Shown here one piece after another: positions 8,622 to 18,004 of a stretch of 55,349 nt of DNA. Position numbers and translations under genes: made by a program. The DNA lies in contig RDOB01000008.1 in the NCBI GenBank assembly GCA_011364965.1, positions 1-55,349 of the forward strand. The letters run 5' to 3'. This DNA is from Candidatus Heimdallarchaeota archaeon (GTDB taxonomy: Archaea > Asgardarchaeota > Heimdallarchaeia > Hodarchaeales > Hodarchaeaceae). The stretch's first letter is position 1, and every line of letters begins with the position of its first letter. Below the pieces are notes generated by a model, which was given only the letters and a program-made list of their open reading frames with translations, made no database searches and was not told where the DNA came from.

Positions 8622-9293
8622 TTAAATCCCGTGTTTACCTCTTAAAGGAACGAACGCTACAGAAGAAAGATACTCTTCCTCAATATCAGTCTCAGTAATC
8701 TTTCTAAAACGGGTCATTCTCTGAAAGATATAAGGACGACCGAGGGGTATAACTAAAGTGCCATTTAGGGCTAATTGTTCGAGTAATGGAGGAGGAACTT
8801 TTGGGCCTGCAGCTGTAATTATAATTCTATCGTAAGGTGCTTCTTTCTCCCAACCGAGTGTTCCATCTCCCTCAATAACTGTCACACAATTCTGGTACCC
8901 TGCTTTCTCAAGATTTTTCCTAGCAAATGGGACGAGATCTGGAACTATTTCGATACTATAAACTGATCCCTTTTTTGAAGTATCAGAACAAACTATAGCA
9001 GCAATTAGTGCAGCTTGATATCCTGATCCTGCTCCGATTTCTAAGATTTTCATACCTGGCTTCAAATCGAGATATTCAAGGATCATTACAGTCATATGAG
9101 GAGCAGATATTGTTTGACCAGTATTCATCAATGGTAGGGGATGATCAGAGTAAGCAGATGAAACCATGTTTTCAGGGAGGAAAAGCTCTCGAGGTACTTG
9201 TCGAAAGGCATTGATCGCCAGTTCATCCTTTACATAGCCATTTCGTATGTAGTGGCGAATTAGACTTTCTTTCTGCTCGCTAAAGTCATTCAT
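8622..9293 (-). CDS. pcm: Protein-L-isoaspartate O-methyltransferase
   Basis: VPRELF, GQTISAPHM, LEIGAGSGY, GDGTLGW, APYDRII, FVPLRG. Confidence 0.96.
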   Translation of the reverse strand: MNDFSEQKESLIRHYIRNGYVKDELAINAFRQVPRELFLPENMVSSAYSDHPLPLMNTGQTISAPHMTVMILEYLDLKPGMKILEIGAGSGYQAALIAAIVCSDTSKKGSVYSIEIVPDLVPFARKNLEKAGYQNCVTVIEGDGTLGWEKEAPYDRIIITAAGPKVPPPLLEQLALNGTLVIPLGRPYIFQRMTRFRKITETDIEEEYLSSVAFVPLRGKHGI

Positions 9294-9312
9294 TTCAAAC
9301 CCACCTAAGCTT

Positions 9313-10365
9313 CTAATCGATTCTTAAATCAACATTCATTTGCACGCGCGAGGGAGATACGTCTCTCCCAATTTTTACCTGTAATTCCTTATAAGATTTG
9401 AGATAAGATAATTGATCTTTCAGTAATTCCTGTATAGCTGAAATTGGATCCTTTGTTTTTTCAACAAACTGATACATATTTATTACTCCACCTTTTTTCA
9501 AAAGCTGCACGGCATATTTTAAATAAATGATTGACTTGTTGGGAATATTAAGGATGATTCGATCAAATTTTTTCTGTTTTCGAAATATCTGTGTCGAGTC
9601 AGCTACGATTGGACAGATTTCTCCTCTCAATCGATTGGACTTCATACTTTTAGCTAAAGCTTCAATTGCAATCTGATTGATATCTACTGCTACTACCTTG
9701 CATTTCTGTTCTTTGGTACAATGGAGTGCAAAAGGACCAACACCTGCAAATAAATCAAGGATGACTTCATTTGGACTAATTAAAGTGGCCAATCGATGAT
9801 GTTCTTCAGCAAGACGAGGATTAAAATAAGCATTCTCGATGTCTACATAAATTTTTACACTGTATTCTTGGTGCCATGTTCTGGGGATTCTAGCTCCTGC
9901 TAGATGCTCAATAGGATATATTCTTTCAATACCATTTACAATATCTATTTTATTGTACACAGATTTCATTTTTGGAGATTGATCTAGAATTAACCGCCCA
10001 ATTTTCTTCCTAAGCGAGAGATTGGTATCATTAGGGTCTAATTTCGTTACAGCAATTTCACCAATCTGTTCAAATTTAATTGAAAGATCTTCATTATCTT
10101 TCAGTACATTGTCAAGCATTAATTGCTCTTTAATACTCTTAGGCCGTTTTTTAAGTGGAAAAATCATAGTTTTAAGAATAAAAGGAATTTCGTGTAGTAT
10201 TTGGGGGATGGAAGTTGCATCGGATATGGCAAAAAAGACTAAATCGTCTAAATGTATCGGTTTATGGTCTTGTAATAATAAGTTTTCTTTTAGAAGTCTT
10301 AAACGAGCTATCTCAGCCTTCTCTCTTGGAATACCAACAGCACGAACTAGATTACCTTGGTTTAT
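9313..10365 (-). CDS. trm5: Trm5-family tRNA (guanine-37) methyltransferase
   Basis: FEQIGEIA, YFNPRLAEEH, DLFAGVGPF, FDRIILNIP; frame stays open 66 codons upstream of ATG 10167 and encodes a Trm5 D1-like domain. Confidence 0.82.
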   Translation of the reverse strand: MNQGNLVRAVGIPREKAEIARLRLLKENLLLQDHKPIHLDDLVFFAISDATSIPQILHEIPFILKTMIFPLKKRPKSIKEQLMLDNVLKDNEDLSIKFEQIGEIAVTKLDPNDTNLSLRKKIGRLILDQSPKMKSVYNKIDIVNGIERIYPIEHLAGARIPRTWHQEYSVKIYVDIENAYFNPRLAEEHHRLATLISPNEVILDLFAGVGPFALHCTKEQKCKVVAVDINQIAIEALAKSMKSNRLRGEICPIVADSTQIFRKQKKFDRIILNIPNKSIIYLKYAVQLLKKGGVINMYQFVEKTKDPISAIQELLKDQLSYLKSYKELQVKIGRDVSPSRVQMNVDLRID

Positions 10366-10505
10366 TCTGAAAACACTCCTTTCTCAAGAGATGCAATGAT
10401 AAAAATTCTTCTGTCTTTTCCAATATTATTTTTCTTGGATGCGATATCAATAGAATCCTTCTTTTCAAAAGAAATCTGAACAAGATGGATTTATATATGG
10501 GAAAA

Positions 10506-10610
10506 CGGGCGCAGAGGGACTTGAACCCCCGACCAACGGGTTAAGAGCCCGCCGCTCTCGATTCTTGGTCATCAAAACGACCAAAAACTACCTTGCTGAG
10601 CTATGCGCCC
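10506..10610 (-). tRNA. tRNA-Lys (CUU) with a 31-nt intron in the D-arm
   Basis: Removing 31 nt gives GGGCGCA TA GCTC AGCAAGGTA GAGC G GCGGG CTCTTAA CCCGT TGGTC GGGGG TTCAAGT CCCTC TGCGCCC G. Confidence 0.93.
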
Positions 10611-10882
10611 AAAAAAAGAACAATCATTCTCACTGACGAACATTCTCAATTACTTGTTATATATCAGGTAGTTTAGTTTCAATCTTAAAAGATCTCACTA
10701 CCTATCCAAGGATTTGGTAGAAACCAAAATGCAGATAAAAATATTGATTAGAATGTTGAGTTGAATAATCTAATTGTCCCAAAAGATAAATACTAATATT
10801 TGGGTAAAGTTAATATTTTATAATTATAGCTTGTTAAATCCATACTATACTTTCTTGGAAGATCTGAACTGGTTGAATATCA

Positions 10883-11593
10883 TTGAAAAGTATTAAAGGG
10901 GAAGAATTTAGTCTTATATCTAGTTATATTAACCTATTAATTCATATTGGAAAATTAGGAGGAGTAAGAAAACCTGTTTTCTTGACCACAGCAGAACTTG
11001 GAACCGCAGTAGGAATTTCTCAACAGTCAGCCTCAAGAAAGCTCTCCCAAATGGAAGAGATAAACTTAATTGTCCGCAATTATAGTTTTAGGGGCAATTC
11101 CATTAAAATAACCTCAGAGGGGCTTTCTCTTCTAGAATATGTATTCACAGATTTGTGGAGTATTCTAACAGTTGAGGGTAGAGTACCAATTGATAAAATT
11201 GCAATTACTGGTATAGTTTGTACAGGTATGGGAGAGGGAGCATATTATATGAATAAGTTGGGATATAAAAACCAATTTCCCTCAATAATTGGATTTACTC
11301 CCTTTCCTGGAACATTAAATTTGCAACTGATTGAGGAAGCAAGTATTCGTAATTTCGAATTAATATTGCGTAAACCAGCAGAGTTTATCAAGGAATTCGT
11401 AGAAGATGGTCGAATGTTTGGTAAAGTGTTCGTTTGGCCCGTTGAGCTATTAATAGGAAATAGAAAATTACCAGCAGCCTTAATTCGCCCGGATAGGACA
11501 CATCATAATAATCAAATTGAATTGATTGTAGAAATGAACGTTAAAGAGCAATTTGGAGTAAAAGATGGTGATAAGCTTGAAATCGTCTGCTGA
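10883..11593 (+). CDS. ribK: CTP-dependent riboflavin kinase with N-terminal wHTH (RbkR-type)
   Basis: HTH ELGTAVGISQQSASRKL; GMGEGAYYM, GFTPFPGTLN, RPDRTHH. Confidence 0.92.
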   Translation: MKSIKGEEFSLISSYINLLIHIGKLGGVRKPVFLTTAELGTAVGISQQSASRKLSQMEEINLIVRNYSFRGNSIKITSEGLSLLEYVFTDLWSILTVEGRVPIDKIAITGIVCTGMGEGAYYMNKLGYKNQFPSIIGFTPFPGTLNLQLIEEASIRNFELILRKPAEFIKEFVEDGRMFGKVFVWPVELLIGNRKLPAALIRPDRTHHNNQIELIVEMNVKEQFGVKDGDKLEIVC

Positions 11594-11607
11594 ATATGGA
11601 TTAATAT

Positions 11608-12282
11608 TCAATAATCAAAGGAATACTCATCAAGATTTTTCATTTTCTGTGATGATTTTTCATCTGGGATGGTAGCTTTCAACCTAATAATTTCAATGTG
11701 ATCTTTCTCAATTTTTGTTAACATCTCAGCTAGTTTTGCTTCTGTTAAAAACTGATCATATCCGAGAGTAATAGTATCTGGTTGGTATTCTTCAATTATC
11801 TCAAGGAATTTTGATGGATCAGGAGAACCTTTTAGTACCACATCAACAACATCCAGATGGGAAAGTAAGACCATCCTGCTTTCTTGAGAATTTATTGGTA
11901 ATCGTCCTTTACTTCTTTTTACAGTCTCATCAGAGGCAACTACAACTAATAATATGTCTCCATGATCTCTTGCTTCTTCTAATGTCTTAATATGACCTAA
12001 ATGAACGATATCAAAAACTCCTCCAGTTAAGATGACTTTTAAATTATTTACTCCTCCTGTGGTTATTCGGAAATTTCCTATAGGATCATTAACCGATTGA
12101 ATCATTCCCATCCCTCTAAGTACTGATATAAGAGCCTTAGTTTCCTCTTGGGTACGTTTCAAGTCTTTTCTAAACTCATCTGGGGAAAATGAGCCATATT
12201 TTAAAGTTAATTTATAAGTAACTTTAAGAAATTCTTTCAATAACCGTTGAAATAATTCACTATTTTCTATTTTATCATTCAT
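11608..12282 (-). CDS. ribL: FAD synthase (RibL-like nucleotidyltransferase) with N-terminal wHTH-like extension
   Basis: GGVFDIVHLGH, VVVASD, PDTITLGYDQ; adjacent to the riboflavin kinase; start moved to ATG 12282. Confidence 0.8.
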   Translation of the reverse strand: MNDKIENSELFQRLLKEFLKVTYKLTLKYGSFSPDEFRKDLKRTQEETKALISVLRGMGMIQSVNDPIGNFRITTGGVNNLKVILTGGVFDIVHLGHIKTLEEARDHGDILLVVVASDETVKRSKGRLPINSQESRMVLLSHLDVVDVVLKGSPDPSKFLEIIEEYQPDTITLGYDQFLTEAKLAEMLTKIEKDHIEIIRLKATIPDEKSSQKMKNLDEYSFDY

Positions 12283-12415
12283 CTTTAAAAAACCTTTTAA
12301 GTACCAATCACATACCATAAAAAATATTTTCTTTGATATTTATTAATTAAGACATTTTTTTAGCTAATTATCATTTCCTCTAACTTATTTCGGATGAAGT
12401 ATTATTCGGGAAATT

Positions 12416-13207
12416 TTAACCTATCTCTGACCATAATAATGAAATTATTTCCTCTTCTGCAAAGTGAAGACTATCTGAACAGACAATCAGTGCTTGAGGA
12501 GGACCATTATCTATCCATGTATGACTAATTATAGTTTTAGGATTTCCTGCTAAGATAAATTGATCCTCATATCCAATTCGGGCTAATCCAATTATTATAC
12601 TCTTTTCTGTAATGATAGATTCCTGTTTTTCCTTCTCTAGCTCTTCTAGAAGAGCAATTGCCTCATTTACAGTAAGAAATTTACCACTAACCAAATCAAT
12701 ATCTAATAAAACAAGAGTATGTGCTCCGATCATTTTATTTTTTTTGATGATTTGATAAGGAAATTCACTCATATTGTCAGGAAAGGGGCATGTAGCTGTT
12801 CGACCGAATTTATAAGAAGAAAGGCCTGAAGCAGAGGCAGCAGCGGACATGATGGAAGTATTATGTATTAATGTACATTTTATTCCTCGTTTTAAGGCAG
12901 ATAAACGTAAAGAGTTATGAGTTGTAGCAATAAAGGGATCTCCTGGTACAAGAAGGAGAGATATCTTACCTATAATGGAATCTAAGAAATTTTCCGCGTT
13001 TTCTTCTAGGGTCTCTCTTTGGATATATTTGAATTTTGTTTTAAAGGGTTTAATTACGTCGGGAATATCTGCAGTAGTGAAATTGGTATACGATTCAATG
13101 AAGATAGTGTCTACTTCTTTCATGATGGAAAGAAGCTCTATCGAACAGCTTTCTAAACCTTTAAGCCCCATTCCAGCAAAAATAAGACTATTCTTGGATG
13201 AAGACAA
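12416..13207 (-). CDS. dph5: Diphthine synthase
   Basis: ESYT, VPGDPFIATTH, GLSSYKFGRT, HTLVLLD, GPPQALIV. Confidence 0.92.
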   Translation of the reverse strand: MSSSKNSLIFAGMGLKGLESCSIELLSIMKEVDTIFIESYTNFTTADIPDVIKPFKTKFKYIQRETLEENAENFLDSIIGKISLLLVPGDPFIATTHNSLRLSALKRGIKCTLIHNTSIMSAAASASGLSSYKFGRTATCPFPDNMSEFPYQIIKKNKMIGAHTLVLLDIDLVSGKFLTVNEAIALLEELEKEKQESIITEKSIIIGLARIGYEDQFILAGNPKTIISHTWIDNGPPQALIVCSDSLHFAEEEIISLLWSEIG

Positions 13208-13241
13208 AATTCCTTCATCTCTAAAAGCTTATGAAAAGGGC

Positions 13242-13634
13242 TTAACCCTCTTCTTCCAACAGTTTTTTATAAGCTTGGGCATCTAGTAAATTTTCTAAAT
13301 CCTTTTTCAGATTTAAAGGCTTTATTTTCACAAGCCATGTCCCATAAGGATCTTCATTGACTTTTTCTGGTGATTCCTCCAATTCTGTGTTGATTTCAAC
13401 CACCTCTCCTGCAACAGGACAAATTAAATCCGAAACAGCTTTCACACTTTCAATAGACCCGAATATCTCTTTAAAATCGAAAGTGTCGCCCACCTCGGGT
13501 AGTTCAATATAAACTACGTCTTTCAGTGTTTTTTGGGCGTAATCAGTCACTCCAACAAGAACAAAATTGTCTTCAACCTTTGCCCAATCATGTTCTGCTA
13601 GATATTTATAATTTGGCTCTACTCTATATGACAT
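13242..13634 (-). CDS. gcvH: Glycine cleavage system H protein
   Basis: HDWA, VGVTDYAQ, lipoyl lysine IESVKAVSD, NEDPYG. Confidence 0.97.
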   Translation of the reverse strand: MSYRVEPNYKYLAEHDWAKVEDNFVLVGVTDYAQKTLKDVVYIELPEVGDTFDFKEIFGSIESVKAVSDLICPVAGEVVEINTELEESPEKVNEDPYGTWLVKIKPLNLKKDLENLLDAQAYKKLLEEEG

Positions 13635-13762
13635 TTGAACTTCTTCCTTAATAAATCAGTCAATGTTTATAGCAGTCTAATATTATTATTAAATAGACAT
13701 TTATTTTACCTTTATTAGACATTTATTGAGTAAATTCTCTTATCTAATAATTTTTTCCTGCT

Positions 13763-14242
13763 TTAAACCTCGCACCTCCAAATTGCATCTCCAAGGTAAT
13801 GTACATTTAATAATGCTTTTCCTTTCGCTTCAAGTATTTCTTCAGAAGTTAGAAGACTTTTACCTATTGCAATAATTGCATTTTGTGGATTCCTAACAAT
13901 AACATATGAGTCTTTGTCAAATTGTTTATTAATTGAGGTTATTCCCTGCGAAAAAATATCTGCGCCATTTAAAACATGTCTTACTGCCCCTTGATCTACA
14001 CTAACGGAGGGAAACTCGGTTTCTTGATGATCACGTAAAAATTGAATAGAAGGTAGAAAATATCTATCGCTTTTGAAGAATAAGACTTCTTTACTGCGAT
14101 TTAAGAGGAATATTTTTCCATCATTTTCATTTTCTTGAATAAAATGCACCAGTTTTTGAATTCTTAAATCTGTGACACCTGGAGCCAGGATAAGGGGACT
14201 AATTTTTCTTCTGAGCTTTGAACCAATCTCCTTCTTGGACAT
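13763..14242 (-). CDS. PUA-domain RNA-binding protein (MCT-1/Tma20-like)
   Basis: VSVDQGAVRHVLNGADIF, GKALLNVHYLGDAIW. Confidence 0.88.
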   Translation of the reverse strand: MSKKEIGSKLRRKISPLILAPGVTDLRIQKLVHFIQENENDGKIFLLNRSKEVLFFKSDRYFLPSIQFLRDHQETEFPSVSVDQGAVRHVLNGADIFSQGITSINKQFDKDSYVIVRNPQNAIIAIGKSLLTSEEILEAKGKALLNVHYLGDAIWRCEV

Positions 14243-14284
14243 AGTTATTCAACCTGGATGGAGGAATAGCAATATACTCATAGG

Positions 14285-16219
14285 TTAATTTAATCGAATA
14301 GTCTCAAGATTTTTTGGTAAATCCACTTTTGCATGATACCTTTTTGTCAAAGCTTGAGCTAAAGATTGAGACTTGTTTCTTTGACCATGAATTAAGATGA
14401 TTCGTTCAGGTTTGGGACTTAGTTCTCTGAAAAAGTTCATTATTTCTCCCCGATCGCTGTGTCCGCTGAAACCATCTATTTGATGTATATCTAAATTTAC
14501 TCTGAGCATTTTCATCTTCCCATCCTCAATACTCCTTATTTCTTTTACACCAGAGGCAATACGTCTTCCCAATGTACCTTCAGCTTGATACGAAACGAAA
14601 ACAACTGCATTTTTTGGATCACTAGCCAAATCTTTGAAATATTCAACAGAATTTCCACCAGTTAGCATTCCTGATGTTGCCATTATAACTGCTGGTTCGC
14701 CAGAGACTATATCCCTTCGATCATTCTCTATCTTTTTAAAAATCTCGCACAAAAAAGGATTGGACCCTTCATTGAAGATTTGATCTTGTAAACGTTGGGA
14801 TAAATACTCAGGATGGCATGAATGAATTGCTGTAGCTTCCGCAATGAGATTATCAAGATAAACTGGAACCCTTCCTAATTGTTTTTTCTGATAATAATCT
14901 GCTAGTACCACTAAAAGTTCTTGAGCTCTCCCAACCGCTAAAGCAGGGATTAAAACCTTTCCTCCGCGCTTTGTAGTTCGATTTATTATCTTTATCAGCT
15001 GTAATTCAGCATCATCACGTCTAGGCATCGCATCACGAGGTCCACCATAGGTAGATTCCAATATTATAGCCTCAAGTCTAGGAAATCTGGTATTTGCACG
15101 ATCAAGTAAGCGAGACTTTCTCGCTTTGAAATCGTTTGCAATAGCTAAATTATATCGTCCCTCTCCTATATGTAGATGCATGATAGAAGAACCAAGTATA
15201 TGACCCGCTGGAGTCATAGTACATCGAATATCATTACTCAGATCTGTTACTTCCCAATATCGCCTTGGAATTGTATGCAATACCATCCGTCTTATGTCAC
15301 GTTGATTATATGGAACTAATTTATCTTCACGTGCAGACACCTCAATATAGTCCTTTTGCAAAAGTGTCATTAAAGACAAAGTAGCATCATTTGTATAAAC
15401 AGGGCCTCTATAACCCCACTTAAAGAGAAAAGGAAGCATACCACTGTGATCTAGGTGAGCATGAGTAATGAGAACTGCATCTATTTCATCAATATCAAAT
15501 TCAGAAGAATTGAAGTATGGAAACATATTTTCAGGATCTCTTGAAGCCACATTCATCCCACAATCGACTAGAATCTTGGTTTCCGCCGTTTCCAATAACA
15601 TGGATGATCTTCCAACCTCAGAAAACCCTCCTAATCCAGTTAATCGTACATATTCGTCTTCAATTACGGAGGGTCGATGAATCCTTTTACCAATGTTTAT
15701 TAAGGCATTCTTTCTTTTATCAGACTCGTTGGTTAATGTTTTTCGAATAGAATTAATCACTTGTGATTGAATGGGAGGTGATCTAACCACTCTCGGTTGC
15801 CAAGATATTTCACGTGCTATCTCTCGTAAGGTTGTCCCACTACGTCCTATTACAGCTCCAGGTTTTTTAGCTTCGATAATTACTTCCCCTAGTTCGTCAT
15901 CAAAAATCATATTGGTTATTTCTGCATTTTCAGGTACGATCTCAAGAACTCTTGCTTGAGCTTCATCTTTTGCTCTCCGAACTGAAACGTCAAATCGTAT
16001 AACTATTCTTTTTCTTAACGATTTAGCTAATCCTTTCACTATCTCCCCACTTTCCATTAACACAGAGGGATTTAAAGAATAAAGTACGACAAAAGGCCCT
16101 TCAAATACTACTTTAGATACTTGAGCGTCTGGTGGAAGCTCACTTATCAAATCTGCTTTAAGCTGTTCAAGAGCTAACTCAGGGCTATATTTCTTACCAT
16201 TATCGTAATTTTCACGCAA
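14285..16219 (-). CDS. fttA: aCPSF1/FttA KH + beta-CASP ribonuclease (transcription termination factor)
   Basis: N-terminal KH domains (KPGAVIG), GGFSEVGRS, THAHLDHSG, AGHILGS, ESTYG, GFSGHSD. Confidence 0.96.
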   Translation of the reverse strand: MRENYDNGKKYSPELALEQLKADLISELPPDAQVSKVVFEGPFVVLYSLNPSVLMESGEIVKGLAKSLRKRIVIRFDVSVRRAKDEAQARVLEIVPENAEITNMIFDDELGEVIIEAKKPGAVIGRSGTTLREIAREISWQPRVVRSPPIQSQVINSIRKTLTNESDKRKNALINIGKRIHRPSVIEDEYVRLTGLGGFSEVGRSSMLLETAETKILVDCGMNVASRDPENMFPYFNSSEFDIDEIDAVLITHAHLDHSGMLPFLFKWGYRGPVYTNDATLSLMTLLQKDYIEVSAREDKLVPYNQRDIRRMVLHTIPRRYWEVTDLSNDIRCTMTPAGHILGSSIMHLHIGEGRYNLAIANDFKARKSRLLDRANTRFPRLEAIILESTYGGPRDAMPRRDDAELQLIKIINRTTKRGGKVLIPALAVGRAQELLVVLADYYQKKQLGRVPVYLDNLIAEATAIHSCHPEYLSQRLQDQIFNEGSNPFLCEIFKKIENDRRDIVSGEPAVIMATSGMLTGGNSVEYFKDLASDPKNAVVFVSYQAEGTLGRRIASGVKEIRSIEDGKMKMLRVNLDIHQIDGFSGHSDRGEIMNFFRELSPKPERIILIHGQRNKSQSLAQALTKRYHAKVDLPKNLETIRLN

Positions 16220-16490
16220 TTTTTTTCACTTTTTATGCTATTTGAGATTTCAGATATGAGAGTTTAATATGTTTAGTTAATACTAATGTAGAAATTACTT
16301 AGTAGAGAAGTAATTGTGTTTTTTTAGAGTGTTTTAAGTATATTAATATCAGTTGTACAAAGCTAGATTAGTTTAATCAAAGTAAGTTAGTCGTTAATCA
16401 TTTTAATTATAAAATATATATTTTTCATTTTTATATAGACAATCATTTAACGGGAAATTAAATAATGGGGTTATTAGGAGTCATCTGATC

Positions 16491-16510
16491 TATCTTTATT
16501 AATAAAGATA
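16491..16510. promoter_or_regulatory. Perfect 20-bp palindrome in a divergent intergenic region
   Basis: TATCTTTATT-AATAAAGATA between fttA and egsA. Confidence 0.4.
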
Positions 16511-16687
16511 TTTTTGGAAGGTCATCAACAATCATACCAAGAAAGAGACTAGGTTAAGATAAGAGTTAGTTATCCGAAGATGAACAATTCCTTTCCAAAA
16601 TTTCTTCGATTGATTCTTTTGTACACAGTGTTTATAAGTTTTTTTTTGTTATTGCTAAATCGGGATTTAAGCAAGAGCTGTAAAAAA

Positions 16688-17782
16688 ATGCCAAGTTCAG
16701 AGATCCTTGATTCAATTGTTCCAAGATCAATTATTATTGGAAAAGGAATCTTAAATAAAATCCCCAAAATTATCAGAACCCAGAGATATACACAAAAAAG
16801 TTTGATTCTAACTGGTCCCAAAACACAGCATATTGTGGGCAATGAAATTCAGGAAATATTGAGTCAAGCAAATATAAAATCGGAGATTATTATAGTCAAA
16901 GACTCGAAACTAAGTACAGCAGATAAAATATTGGAACAAATTACTCAAATTGGGTCTAATCTAATAATTGCTGCAGGAGGGGGTAAAATTATTGATGTGG
17001 GCAAATATTGCTCTGCAAAGTCCTCAAGAAAACTTGAAGTCATTTCTGTTCCGACATCAGCACCTCATGATGGAATCGCATCACCTTTCATCTTTTTAAA
17101 TAATCCAACTGAAGTTTTTATTGGAGAATCCCGCCCTCCCATCGCTATTGCCGCAGATATTGAAAAAATCCTCCAGCATCCTGATTTAGTAAGAAATCTT
17201 GCTGCTGGAGTAGGAGATACGGTTGGAAAACTGACTTCAATCTGGGATTGGCAGTATGCTTGGCGTATCAAATCCGAAAAATATTCACGTTTTGTTGGTG
17301 GAGTTTTAGCAAACGCAGATACACTTTTTCAAAGTCAGTTTTCTGAAGCCCTTGCAGACCCAGAACGAGCAATTAAAGTGGTTTTAAAGGCTTTATTAAT
17401 AGCAGGAGTCCTTATGGGTACATCCAGTGATATAAGAGTGGGTTATGGTTCAGAACATATGTTTTCATCCGCTTTACATGCATTAACTCCAAATGCAAAC
17501 ATCCTACATGGAGAGAGAATCGCAATAGGATCCCTAATGATGGCACATTTACAAGGACAGGACTATAGAAAATTAAAGGACATACTTGGAAAAGCAGGTT
17601 GCCCCACATCAATAGAGGAGTTAGAAGATGATATTCCACCTGAGTCGATAATTAAAGCCCTTCAAACTGCGCATGAAGTCAACCCGATGTACACAATACT
17701 CGGAAAATCTGGATTAACAGAAATCGCTGCATGGAATCTGGCGATTAGCACTGGAATACTAGAATCTTATCACAAAACATGA
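16688..17782 (+). CDS. egsA: sn-glycerol-1-phosphate dehydrogenase
   Basis: GGGKIIDVGK, VPTSAPHDGIASP, AGVGD, GSEH, LHGE; start moved to ATG 16688. Confidence 0.92.
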   Translation: MPSSEILDSIVPRSIIIGKGILNKIPKIIRTQRYTQKSLILTGPKTQHIVGNEIQEILSQANIKSEIIIVKDSKLSTADKILEQITQIGSNLIIAAGGGKIIDVGKYCSAKSSRKLEVISVPTSAPHDGIASPFIFLNNPTEVFIGESRPPIAIAADIEKILQHPDLVRNLAAGVGDTVGKLTSIWDWQYAWRIKSEKYSRFVGGVLANADTLFQSQFSEALADPERAIKVVLKALLIAGVLMGTSSDIRVGYGSEHMFSSALHALTPNANILHGERIAIGSLMMAHLQGQDYRKLKDILGKAGCPTSIEELEDDIPPESIIKALQTAHEVNPMYTILGKSGLTEIAAWNLAISTGILESYHKT

Positions 17783-18004
17783 CCAAATACCAAAGATGAA
17801 GTATGAAGAAAAAGAAATCTAAGGAAAAACGGAGAAAAGGAGACCCTTTGTCTAGTTCACCTTTTATATATAGAATCCTAAGTTCCCTTGAAACTCCGTT
17901 GAATATTTAAAAAAATGTGGATATACTTCCTCAATATGTGAAAGTGAACGTATTTCGATTGAATGAGTCCACTACTTAGGAAATTTTCCAAATAAGGTGA
18001 TTGT

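Noticed and set aside
10022-10399. 125-aa plus-strand ORF apparently filling the gap upstream of trm5
   Set aside because: The region is better explained by the in-frame Trm5 N-terminal domain on the minus strand
16580-16687. Signal-peptide-like N-terminal extension on EgsA (and antisense ORF 16570..16842)
   Set aside because: The hydrophobicity comes from a T-rich intergenic tract; homology starts near ATG 16688 and EgsA is cytosolic
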